Below, piece after piece: positions 1 through 8,149 of a DNA stretch of 64,000 nucleotides. The first letter of the stretch is position 1, and each line of letters opens with the position of its first letter. The notes under the pieces are model-generated. The model had not been told where the DNA came from and made no database searches. It was given only the letters and a program-made list of their open reading frames with translations. Made by a program: the position numbers and the translations under genes. Source of the stretch: a virus (Duplodnaviria > Heunggongvirae > Uroviricota > Caudoviricetes); the IMG/VR virus record IMGVR_UViG_651053023_000001, positions 1 through 64,000 of that record; one strand, given 5' to 3'.

Positions 1-17
1 ACATTATACGAAGTTAT
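1..17. other. loxP: partial loxP site (last 4 nt of spacer plus one 13-bp arm), cut by window start
   Basis: Window opens ACATTATACGAAGTTAT, matching the 3' 17 nt of the 34-bp loxP core; cre lies immediately downstream. Confidence 0.85.
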
Positions 18-435
18 CTTAAGGGTTATTGAACATGATTAATTTACCTGTAAATCCATACAGTTCAATGCCTTATCAGGTCAAATAGTGATCACTTGAT
101 CATTTGATCAAGGTTGCGCTACGTAAAATCTGCGAAATGTTGGCAGTGTTAGTGCTCCAGATTTCGCGTAGCGCACTTAGCACCACCAATCAATCAGAGG
201 TGAAAACTGGGATATTCAGCTGCTAAAGTGTCCACTCATCTTGAGCTTGAGAAAAACCGTGGTTACTGGCGGGCAAAATGGTTTGATCGTGATAGTTGCC
301 AACTGTCATTATCGCGCGGTGAAGAGAAAATAGAACGCACGCGCGGTCGCTGGCGTTTCTATGACGAGAACCATAAACAGGTAAAGGCAGAGCCAATCCT
401 GTACACTTTACTTAAAACCATTATCTGAGTGTTAA

Positions 436-1467
436 ATGTCCAATTTACTGACCGTACACCAAAATTTGCCTGCATTACCGGTCGATGCAACGAGTGATGA
501 GGTTCGCAAGAACCTGATGGACATGTTCAGGGATCGCCAGGCGTTTTCTGAGCATACCTGGAAAATGCTTCTGTCCGTTTGCCGGTCGTGGGCGGCATGG
601 TGCAAGTTGAATAACCGGAAATGGTTTCCCGCAGAACCTGAAGATGTTCGCGATTATCTTCTATATCTTCAGGCGCGCGGTCTGGCAGTAAAAACTATCC
701 AGCAACATTTGGGCCAGCTAAACATGCTTCATCGTCGGTCCGGGCTGCCACGACCAAGTGACAGCAATGCTGTTTCACTGGTCATGCGGCGGATCCGAAA
801 AGAAAACGTTGATGCCGGTGAACGTGCAAAACAGGCACTGGCGTTCGAACGCACTGATTTCGACCAGGTTCGTTCACTCATGGAAAATAGCGATCGCTGC
901 CAGGATATACGTAATCTGGCATTTCTGGGGATTGCTTATAACACCCTGTTACGTATAGCCGAAATTTCCAGGATCAGGGTTAAAGATATCTCACGTACTG
1001 ACGGTGGGAGAATGTTAATCCATATTGGCAGAACGAAAACGCTGGTTAGCACCGCTGGTGTAGAGAAGGCACTTAGCCTGGGGGTAACTAAACTGGTTGA
1101 GCGATGGATTTCTGTCTCTGGTGTAGCTGATGATCCGAATAACTACCTGTTTTGCCGCGTCAGAAAAAATGGTGTTGCCGCGCCATCATCCACCAGCCAG
1201 CTATCAACTCGCGCCCTGGAAGGGATTTTTGAAGCAACTCACCGATTGATTTACGGGGCAAAAGATGACTCTGGTCAGCGATACCTGGCCTGGTCTGGAC
1301 ATAGTGCCCGTGTCGGTGCCGCGCGAGATATGGCCCGCGCCGGAGTTTCAATACCGGAGATCATGCAAGCTGGTGGCTGGACCAACGTAAACATTGTCAT
1401 GAACTACATTCGTAACCTGGATAGTGAAACGGGGGCAATGGTGCGCCTGCTGGAAGATGGCGATTAG
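436..1467 (+). CDS. cre: Cre tyrosine site-specific recombinase
   Basis: 343-aa ORF MSNLLTVHQNLPALPVDATSDEVRKNLMDMFRDRQAFSEHTWKML... ending ...MVRLLEDGD, recognised as P1 Cre; adjacent to loxP. Confidence 0.97.
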   Translation: MSNLLTVHQNLPALPVDATSDEVRKNLMDMFRDRQAFSEHTWKMLLSVCRSWAAWCKLNNRKWFPAEPEDVRDYLLYLQARGLAVKTIQQHLGQLNMLHRRSGLPRPSDSNAVSLVMRRIRKENVDAGERAKQALAFERTDFDQVRSLMENSDRCQDIRNLAFLGIAYNTLLRIAEISRIRVKDISRTDGGRMLIHIGRTKTLVSTAGVEKALSLGVTKLVERWISVSGVADDPNNYLFCRVRKNGVAAPSSTSQLSTRALEGIFEATHRLIYGAKDDSGQRYLAWSGHSARVGAARDMARAGVSIPEIMQAGGWTNVNIVMNYIRNLDSETGAMVRLLEDGD

Positions 1468-1517
1468 CCATTAACGCGCAAAGGATTGCTCTGATTCTTT
1501 GATATTTATGGTGACAT

Positions 1518-1829
1518 ATGAGAAAGGATTTCAACATCGACGGAAAATATGTAGTGCTGTCTGTAAGCACTAATATTCAGTCGCCAGCCGTCATTGTCAC
1601 TGTAAAGTTGAGCGACAGGATGCCTGATATTGACTCAATATCCGTTGCGTTCCCTGTCAAAAGTATGCGTAGTGCTGAACATTTCGTGATGAATGCCACC
1701 GAGGAAGAAGCACGGCGCGGTTTTGCTAAAGTGATGTCTGAGTTTGGCGAACTCTTGGGTAAGGTTAACAATGTCCTTTCAATCAGTTCAGCAAGGTCCA
1801 AAGCGTTAACAGCTTCCATGATGAAGTAA
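1518..1829 (+). CDS. hypothetical protein in the position of P1 cra
   Basis: 103-aa ORF directly after cre on the same strand; no recognisable motif; an antisense ORF of equal length overlaps it. Confidence 0.35.
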   Translation: MRKDFNIDGKYVVLSVSTNIQSPAVIVTVKLSDRMPDIDSISVAFPVKSMRSAEHFVMNATEEEARRGFAKVMSEFGELLGKVNNVLSISSARSKALTASMMK

Positions 1830-1961
1830 AAAAAAGCCTGGCAAGGAGCCAGGCTGCACAAAAGAGCGGGTTTGTATTCCGCATCCAATCAATCAAGAAG
1901 GAGTATAGCACACTGGTACTGAAGTGAAAAAATATGATTCGCGATAAACAAAATATCTACC

Positions 1962-1985
1962 ATTGCTCTAATTTATTGCTATAAT
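1962..1985 (+). promoter_or_regulatory. C1 operator-like site (ATTGCTCTAATTTATTG) abutting a TATAAT -10 hexamer
   Basis: Matches P1 C1 operator consensus ATTGCTCTAATAAATTT with 2 mismatches; TATAAT at 1980..1985. Confidence 0.5.
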
Positions 1986-2044
1986 TGAGCCGCGGTTTTT
2001 GTCAACTACGAAGACGAGCCATTACTTAACTCCTTGACATCATT

Positions 2045-2068
2045 GGCGGCCGAAAGGCCGCCTTTTTT
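2045..2068 (+). terminator. rho-independent terminator (GGCGGCCGAAAGGCCGCC + T6)
   Basis: Perfect GC-rich hairpin followed by TTTTTT, immediately 3' of the ant-like copy A stop on the other strand. Confidence 0.6.
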
Positions 2069-2070
2069 AA

Positions 2071-3183
2071 TCATTCAGCCGCCACCGGTTTTAACAAGCC
2101 AGCATCGAGCAGTTTACGCGTCAACCACTGCTGGCCTTTACCCGTTAATTGAGGCGTCAGCCGTATCTGATAGCCATCTTCATCATCCAGCACCACTTCT
2201 TTCACTGTGAAATATCCGGCGTTTATGTACTGCTGAAACGGTACATTTTTACGTCCGCCGGACGCAATCAGGATGCCGTTCTCCCGTAACCAGGCAAACA
2301 GCGCATTTTGCTTAAGTCCAACAACCTTTGCAAAATTCCCAATCAGGATCCCCTTAGCCACTGATACCCGGTCGGCAAAATCGACCTTAGGGGCTGCGGC
2401 CACCAGCTGCTGATTTAGCTGGTGGGCTTTCTGTTCCAGAAGTTGCTTTTGTTCAGCCAGCTCGGCAGCCAGGCGCAGAGCTTCGGGAAGCGTCTGAGGG
2501 ATTGCGACCGGTTGCTGTTCTTTTTGCCGGAAGTAGCTGTCTTCCAGTTTTTCAAAGAATGCCCATGCCTGATCGGTTTCGATCATTTTAGCGTGGCGGG
2601 CTGCGCCGCGTTCCGTCCAGAGAGTGAGGTTTCTGGCGTTCTTACCAACAGAGTTACTAAAAGTAACTCTGTTCTTAAATTCTCTTAATTTTGAACCAGT
2701 TAAAAGAAAGTAGTGTTTACCTTCTTCAAAGCGATCGGAGTTGCAAGACAAATTTTTACGAATATTGCCTTCATCGGTTCCGTACCCCTTAGCAAGAGTT
2801 TCGGTTGTTACGACACGTACTCCCTGCCATTCCAGAACGGGAATTTCATCCGGCTGATTTTGAACAACCACCAGCTCCGATTCCTGAACTGAAGGTGCAT
2901 GAATTTTTTCTGATTTAACGTTAGTTGCTTTCATTCTGTGTGCCTCCTTGCGTGCTTCGGCTGCGACGGTTGCGTAATTCAGATGACCCTGTTCGAGCAG
3001 GTATTCGCGGATATCAGACAACAGGATACGGTGAACCGCGTGTTTGTCCTTTCTCCGGTAAAGTTGTTTGGTGATCATGAAGTAGTTGGCAATAACGCCT
3101 GGTATATCCCTGGTGCTGATACAGGCAGTGTGCTGTTCAATTGCCTCGATCATCTCTTCACGGGTGACTAATGACGTTCTCAT
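2071..3183 (-). CDS. antirepressor-like protein, copy A (ORF6N/Bro-N-like N-terminal region plus KilA-C/ANT C-terminal domain)
   Basis: 370 aa; C-terminal ~150 aa (PQTLPEALRLAAELAEQK...KVDFADRVSVA...GKGQQWLTRKLLDAG) shared with the canonical Ant (47170..48213) and with KilA; preceded by an icd-like ORF overlapping by ATGA. Confidence 0.8.
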   Translation of the reverse strand: MRTSLVTREEMIEAIEQHTACISTRDIPGVIANYFMITKQLYRRKDKHAVHRILLSDIREYLLEQGHLNYATVAAEARKEAHRMKATNVKSEKIHAPSVQESELVVVQNQPDEIPVLEWQGVRVVTTETLAKGYGTDEGNIRKNLSCNSDRFEEGKHYFLLTGSKLREFKNRVTFSNSVGKNARNLTLWTERGAARHAKMIETDQAWAFFEKLEDSYFRQKEQQPVAIPQTLPEALRLAAELAEQKQLLEQKAHQLNQQLVAAAPKVDFADRVSVAKGILIGNFAKVVGLKQNALFAWLRENGILIASGGRKNVPFQQYINAGYFTVKEVVLDDEDGYQIRLTPQLTGKGQQWLTRKLLDAGLLKPVAAE

Positions 3184-3401
3184 AGCCCCTCCTGAGCAGA
3201 AGCGTTAACAGGGAGGCACCAGTAACTGAGAGAATTGCGCAAATCGGTAGAAAAGCGGGCAGAGAAAATACAGGGAGCATCCGGAAGCTGAGAACGTGCC
3301 TCATCTTCTGTTGGTGCGATAACGAAGTGATAGTGACGTTTCTGGCAGGAGTAAAAGCGCCAGATAAATTCAGGGCGTGCGCAAGGATTGGCATTAACCA
3401 T
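3180..3401 (-). CDS. Icd-like small protein, copy A
   Basis: 73-aa ORF MVNANPCARPEFIWRFYSC... overlapping the ant start; same arrangement as icd-ant in the canonical immI copy. Confidence 0.7.
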   Translation of the reverse strand: MVNANPCARPEFIWRFYSCQKRHYHFVIAPTEDEARSQLPDAPCIFSARFSTDLRNSLSYWCLPVNASAQEGL

Positions 3402-3444
3402 AGTTACGGCCTCATGTACAGGTTTAACAACCTGCTACCCGCTG

Positions 3445-3525
3445 CTAAACGGGTGGCAGGACGTGACGGGGTTAGCAGACTGGCGTACATGAAACCAGCA
3501 GGCCGAAGCCTCCCCATCACGCCCC
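3445..3525 (-). ncRNA. c4-like antisense RNA, copy A (approximate bounds)
   Basis: Conserved leader block upstream of icd carrying a 6-nt element (ATGTAC in RNA sense) complementary to GTACAT overlapping the icd ribosome-binding site and to a second GTACAT further upstream. Confidence 0.4.
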
Positions 3526-3702
3526 ACCATAATTCGGGCGTAACGCGGTTTTACGGACATAAAAATACCGCAATATCGGAAATCTGCGGTTGTCCGCATG
3601 TACATTCAGGCTGCTAAACCCGGTCGCAGAATTTGCTACGACGTAGGAACTATAAGCCTGAACAACAGGAAGATCAATAGTCTGGCGTCCAATAGTAGTT
3701 TA

Positions 3703-3735
3703 TTTGCTCTAATAAATCAAATTTATTAGAGCAAT
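3703..3735. promoter_or_regulatory. overlapping head-to-head pair of C1 operator sites
   Basis: TTTGCTCTAATAAATCA on top strand and ATTGCTCTAATAAATTT on bottom strand, forming a palindrome. Confidence 0.65.
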
Positions 3736-3994
3736 AACAATCTAGTTGAATGTTTCCTCTCTGAGGTTGCAATGTGCACACTTAGTGCCTTATTTGTATG
3801 CACTAATAAATATATTATTTTTAACAATAAATAATTGACAACTGACAAGTGACTTCAGTCAGAATCATCACACGCCCGGTACGGATGGATCCCTTTTCAA
3901 ATATTCCATGGACGGCACAGTCTGAGTACCGGGCGCTACCTTAAGTTGTATTGCTAAGCCGCCGCTGGTGGCTTTTCTTTTTTGTAGGGGCGCT

Positions 3995-4636
3995 ATGGAT
4001 AAGAAAATATGCGTTGTTTCGATGAGCGTCGGCAAACCGGCGTCAATGACTGCTGCATGGATCAACAACGAGCTGATAATGGCTGAGCGGACCAGCTACC
4101 CTGAACGCCGCCGCGATATGGAACTCCAGCTGCTGCGCGAATTGCGAGAAAAAGAGGAAAAGGGTTTTATCGTGCTGGTGGAAGAGGAAAACAGCTTTAT
4201 TACTGGTCGAGTTGGCCAGCGTGTAAGGTTGCGCGATCCCTTCATGAACGGCAGGCCGGTACTAATTGAGGCCATGCAGATTTATAAGGAGCTGGAACGC
4301 CAGAAAGCAATCAAGTTACCGCGCAAGGAATCCGGCAAATACATCCTCCACCAAAGCATCTTCGATTCCGAACACGACAAAAAAGGCGATGAATTTTTCA
4401 ACATCAACTGGAGCGAAATAACGACAGAGCATGTTCTGACGTTACTATGTTGCTTTGCGACGGAATACAACAACGTTGCCAGCGCAGACTACATCAGGGC
4501 AATGGCTGGAGAAGTTGAGGCACGCCAGGAACCATCGTTACTAAGCCCTCTGATTAACATAATTCGCGGCACACAGAGACTTGCGGAAAAAAGCGTTCCA
4601 CACGGAATCTTAACTGGGAAGGGAAACTATTTTTAA
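3995..4636 (+). CDS. hypothetical protein (core of the inverted-repeat structure)
   Basis: ORF from ATG at 3995 (track ORF starts 3968) with AGGGG 5 nt upstream; no family recognised by eye. Confidence 0.5.
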   Translation: MDKKICVVSMSVGKPASMTAAWINNELIMAERTSYPERRRDMELQLLRELREKEEKGFIVLVEEENSFITGRVGQRVRLRDPFMNGRPVLIEAMQIYKELERQKAIKLPRKESGKYILHQSIFDSEHDKKGDEFFNINWSEITTEHVLTLLCCFATEYNNVASADYIRAMAGEVEARQEPSLLSPLINIIRGTQRLAEKSVPHGILTGKGNYF

Positions 4637-4669
4637 CATCCCCAAATCCTTTTGGGGAACAACTCATTC

Positions 4670-4987
4670 TTACAATAGCTGCCCCATACATTGTCTCCAG
4701 GCACTCCCCTCATTACCGTTATCAAGAAACGTAGAGGTTGCATAAGGAATGCCTCTGATTTGTGTTGATGTGAATGGACCATCAGACGTCGAAGTTGTGC
4801 GCAGTTTTGATGTAAACTCGTAATTTCCACTGATGCCTTTCTCTGCCAGAGCTTTTGATTTTGTGATAACTAAATCTGCACATTTCTCTGCGGCTACATA
4901 TTGCGGGTCTTTTTCAGCTTTTCCGGCACATGCAGTTATCGTTAAAACGATAGCTGCGGCTAACAAATTACCTAGTTTCATCTGCAT
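4670..4987 (-). CDS. small lipoprotein (signal peptide with lipobox LTITAC)
   Basis: 105 aa; N-terminal MQMKLGNLLAAAIVLTITAC is a typical lipoprotein signal peptide with cysteine; two further Cys in the mature part. Confidence 0.55.
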   Translation of the reverse strand: MQMKLGNLLAAAIVLTITACAGKAEKDPQYVAAEKCADLVITKSKALAEKGISGNYEFTSKLRTTSTSDGPFTSTQIRGIPYATSTFLDNGNEGSAWRQCMGQLL

Positions 4988-5086
4988 ACCTTATTAAGTG
5001 CATTAAAAACAGTAGGTTGCCAAGGTTTTAAACAAATTTCAATTCTCCATGACGCTCAACATGAGCAAAAATAACACACAACCCTC

Positions 5087-5120
5087 ATTGCTCTAATAAA
5101 TTTGATTTATTAGAGCAAAT
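5087..5120. promoter_or_regulatory. overlapping head-to-head pair of C1 operator sites
   Basis: ATTGCTCTAATAAATTT (perfect consensus) at 5087..5103 and its partner ATTTGCTCTAATAAATC on the bottom strand at 5104..5120. Confidence 0.65.
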
Positions 5121-5294
5121 ATCCTACCATTGCGCATAGCCCTATTGATCTCCTTACCGTTCAGGCTTATATTCATGCCGTCGTAGCAAATTCTGCGACC
5201 GGGTTTAGCAGCCTGAATACTTACGCGGACAACCGCAGATATCCGATATTGCGGTATTTTCATGTCCGTATAACCACGTTACGCCCGAATTATG

Positions 5295-5375
5295 GTGGGG
5301 CGTGATGGGGAGGCTTCGGCCTGCTGGTTTCGTAAGTGCCAGTCTGCTAACCCCGTCACGTCCTGCCACCTGTTT
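5295..5375 (+). ncRNA. c4-like antisense RNA, copy B (approximate bounds)
   Basis: Same conserved block as copy A but the 6-nt element is GTAAGT, complementary to ACTTAC at the icd ribosome-binding site (5404..5410) and at 5219..5225. Confidence 0.4.
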
Positions 5376-5420
5376 AGCAGCGGGTCGCAGGTTGTTTTAT
5401 CAACTTACGAGGCCGTAACT

Positions 5421-5642
5421 ATGGTTAATGCCAATCCTTGCGCACGCCCTGAATTTATCTGGCGCTTTTACTCCTGCCAAAAACGTCACTATCACTTCGT
5501 TATTGCACCAACAGAAGATGAGGCCCGCTCTCAGCTTCCTGACGCCCCATGTATTTTCTCTGCCCGCTTTTCTACCGATTCGCGCAATTCTCTCAGTTAC
5601 TGGTGCCTCCCTGTTAACGCTTCTGCTCAGGAGGGGCTATGA
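5421..5642 (+). CDS. Icd-like small protein, copy B
   Basis: 73 aa from ATG 5421 (track ORF 5292..5642 carries an unsupported N-terminal extension); one residue differs from copy A; overlaps the ant start. Confidence 0.7.
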   Translation: MVNANPCARPEFIWRFYSCQKRHYHFVIAPTEDEARSQLPDAPCIFSARFSTDSRNSLSYWCLPVNASAQEGL

Positions 5643-6757
5643 GAACGTCATTAGTCACCCGTGAAGAGATGATCGAGGCAATTGAACAGCACACTGCCTG
5701 TATCAGCACCAGGGATATACCAGGCGTTATTGCCAACTACTTCATGATCACCAAACAACTTTACCGGAGAAAGGACAAACACGCGGTTCACCGTATCCTG
5801 TTGTCTGATATCCGCGAATACCTGCTCGAACAGGGTCATCTGAATTACGCAACCGTCGCAGCCGAAGCACGCAAGGAGGCACACAGAATGAAAGCAACTA
5901 ACGTTAAATCAGAAAAAATTCATGCACCTTCAGTTCAGGAATCGGAGCTGGTGGTTGTTCAAAATCAGCCGGATGAAATTCCCGTTCTGGAATGGCAGGG
6001 AGTGCGTGTAGTGACAACCGAGACTCTTGCTAGAGGGTATGGGACAGAAACAATCCGTATTCGCCAAAATCATCATGAGAACAAAGTACGCTTTGTTGAA
6101 GGGAAGCACTTTTTCAAAGTTGAAGGAGAATCATTGCGCGAGTTGAAGCACAGAGTAGCTTTAAACTACTCTGTAAAAATTGCTCGCAATGTTCGCTCAC
6201 TCACCCTCTGGACAGAACGCGGCGCAGCCCGCCACGCTAAAATGCTCGAAACCGATCAGGCATGGGCATTCTTTGAAAAACTGGAAGACAGCTACTTCCG
6301 GCAAAAAGAACAGCAACCGGTTGCAATCCCCCAGACGCTTCCAGAAGCTCTGCGCCTGGCTGCCGAACTGGCTGAACAAAAGCAGCTTCTGGAACAGAAA
6401 GCCCACCAGCTAAATCAGCAGCTGGTGGCCGCCTCTCCTAAAGTCGATTTTGCCGACCGGGTATCAGTAGCTAAAGGGATCCTGATTGGGAATTTTGCAA
6501 AGGTTGTTGGTCTTAAGCAAAACGCGCTGTTTGCCTGGTTACGGGAGAACGGCATCCTGATAGCGTCCGGTGGACGTAAAAATGTGCCGTTCCAGCAGTA
6601 CATCAATGCGGGATATTTCACGGTGAAAGAAGTGGTGCTGGATGATGAAGATGGCTACCAGATACGGTTGACGCCTCAATTAACGGGTAAAGGCCAGCAG
6701 TGGTTGACGCGTAAACTGCTCGATGCTGGCTTGTTAAAACCGGTGGCGGCTGAATAA
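5639..6757 (+). CDS. antirepressor-like protein, copy B
   Basis: 372 aa; identical to copy A over the first ~131 aa and the C-terminal ANT/KilA-C domain, with a divergent patch between. Confidence 0.8.
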   Translation: MRTSLVTREEMIEAIEQHTACISTRDIPGVIANYFMITKQLYRRKDKHAVHRILLSDIREYLLEQGHLNYATVAAEARKEAHRMKATNVKSEKIHAPSVQESELVVVQNQPDEIPVLEWQGVRVVTTETLARGYGTETIRIRQNHHENKVRFVEGKHFFKVEGESLRELKHRVALNYSVKIARNVRSLTLWTERGAARHAKMLETDQAWAFFEKLEDSYFRQKEQQPVAIPQTLPEALRLAAELAEQKQLLEQKAHQLNQQLVAASPKVDFADRVSVAKGILIGNFAKVVGLKQNALFAWLRENGILIASGGRKNVPFQQYINAGYFTVKEVVLDDEDGYQIRLTPQLTGKGQQWLTRKLLDAGLLKPVAAE

Positions 6758-6764
6758 TGGAAGA

Positions 6765-6790
6765 ATGCCCGGTTGATGCCGGGCATGATT
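6765..6790 (+). terminator. hairpin (ATGCCCGG-ttgat-GCCGGGCAT) after ant copy B; weak terminator
   Basis: Perfect 8-bp stem but poor U-tract. Confidence 0.35.
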
Positions 6791-6904
6791 AAATGTCTCT
6801 TCAGCACATTACCGAAGTTCAATCTTCAACCAAGAAGTGGACTCGCATACGATTATCGCAATAAAATACTTGAAGTTTTATAAACTGTGAGTATCATTAC
6901 CCAT

Positions 6905-7360
6905 ATGAAAACATCCTATTTAACTATATTGGCTTTCCATATTCGCGATTTTCGCGAGAAGCATGGTGTTACTCAATCAGACATTGCATCTGGCCTTGGG
7001 ATAACAAGTGCCGGCTGGGGAAAAATTGAAAATGGTAAGTCCTCTCTCTCTGTAGAGAATATGATGAAATTCTGTAAAATCATTAATATTGATGCAACCA
7101 TACTTCTTGATATTTCCACAAAATCGGCAAAAAACTTAATCAAATGTGGATGGAGTGTATCTTATTCTCCTGTTGAGGATGATAATTTAATAGACGGAAA
7201 AAATATATTTGCTAAAACACATGGAATGAATAACGTTATGAGGAAATTTATAGACGGGAAACTTGGAAGTGTTTTAGACAAAGAATTTGATGATATTATT
7301 ATGAAATATGCAACATTTTATATGGTTGTAGCTAAAAATCTAAGAGATGACTTGATTTAA
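6905..7360 (+). CDS. XRE-family helix-turn-helix protein with C-terminal domain of unknown function
   Basis: HTH signature GVTQSDIASGLGITSAGWGKIENGKSSLSVENMMKF; AT-rich codon usage; start taken at ATG 6905 (track ORF begins at GTG 6887). Confidence 0.6.
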   Translation: MKTSYLTILAFHIRDFREKHGVTQSDIASGLGITSAGWGKIENGKSSLSVENMMKFCKIINIDATILLDISTKSAKNLIKCGWSVSYSPVEDDNLIDGKNIFAKTHGMNNVMRKFIDGKLGSVLDKEFDDIIMKYATFYMVVAKNLRDDLI

Positions 7361-7375
7361 AAATGGAGTGTACAT

Positions 7376-8128
7376 ATGGCATACAGAAAAGACAGCGATC
7401 TTGAATTCCTAGCTAAATGTAGCGACCGTGATCTTGATGATTTAGTTAACCTATTGATTTATGATAACGATGGCAAAAAAAGATGGACTGAAGAGTTATC
7501 TAACAATCGACAATATAAGGAATTTGCACCAAGACATAGCGTATATTGGAGAGAAATTGCTGCTGAAATTCAATGTTATGGTGGAAATACCATAGCAACT
7601 CTCTTGCGTGGTGGTAAAGGGGTCTGCTACAGAGAAATTCTCATTGATGTATGCAATAAGCTAAAGGTTAATTTCAATGCCAAGAGCCGAATAGAGGTTA
7701 TTGAACAAAATCTTCTATTAAAAATTCTCAGCGACTCTCTAGATAACATGTCATCCGAAGATATAAAAGTTTTTGCCATGGAACTTGGATTGGATGAAGT
7801 TACAAGATTTACTCCTGAGGCAGTTCTATCTGCCTTCCAATATATTTTCAGGGCCGGCGGTTTCAGATCTTATCAGGTAACTCTTAAATTTGCGAATCTT
7901 TTACTAAAAATTTTAATTGGACGCGGTTTAACACTCGCAGGTAATCAAATACTCGTAAAAGCATTATCTATTTTAACAGGCCCAATTGGTTGGGCTATAA
8001 CAGCCGCATGGACCATTGTAGATGTGGGAGGAACTGCTTATCGAGTAACAATTCCTGCTGTTATTCAAGTTGCTGTACTAAGGGCGAAAGTCAATAATAA
8101 TATTAAAGACAGCGATATTACCTTGTGA
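7376..8128 (+). CDS. hypothetical 250-aa protein with C-terminal hydrophobic segment; candidate effector of a two-gene accessory cassette
   Basis: ATG with GGAG 7 nt upstream, 15 bp after the HTH gene; hydrophobic stretch LTGPIGWAITAAWTIVDVGG near the C-terminus; AT-rich. Confidence 0.65.
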   Translation: MAYRKDSDLEFLAKCSDRDLDDLVNLLIYDNDGKKRWTEELSNNRQYKEFAPRHSVYWREIAAEIQCYGGNTIATLLRGGKGVCYREILIDVCNKLKVNFNAKSRIEVIEQNLLLKILSDSLDNMSSEDIKVFAMELGLDEVTRFTPEAVLSAFQYIFRAGGFRSYQVTLKFANLLLKILIGRGLTLAGNQILVKALSILTGPIGWAITAAWTIVDVGGTAYRVTIPAVIQVAVLRAKVNNNIKDSDITL

Positions 8129-8149
8129 TATTATAACTCCATCCATCAA

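Larger units (their letters stand above)
2071..3660. repeat. left arm of ~1.6-kb inverted repeat (immI-like module A)
   Basis: Near-identical reverse complement of 5150..6757, shown by identical translated ORFs on opposite strands (3158..3394 vs 5428..5664; ant N- and C-termini). Confidence 0.8.
5150..6757. repeat. right arm of ~1.6-kb inverted repeat (immI-like module B)
   Basis: Mirror of 2071..3660; arms end at the ant stop codons, beyond which sequences differ. Confidence 0.8.

Noticed and set aside
1577-1888. 103-aa minus-strand ORF antisense to the 1518..1829 ORF
   Set aside because: Only a TTG start and no ribosome-binding site; the plus-strand ORF follows cre in an operon-like arrangement.
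3158-3394. 78-aa ORF (MPILAHALNLSG...) overlapping icd in another frame, conserved in all three modules (also 5428..5664 and 46959..47195)
   Set aside because: Conservation is explained by the conserved icd/ant-start nucleotides; no independent start signals. Kept as low-probability overlapping gene only.
5292-5420. N-terminal extension of the track ORF 5292..5642 (116 aa) upstream of icd copy B
   Set aside because: Copies A and C start at the MVNANPC methionine with a Shine-Dalgarno sequence; the extension covers the c4-like leader and is not conserved as coding.
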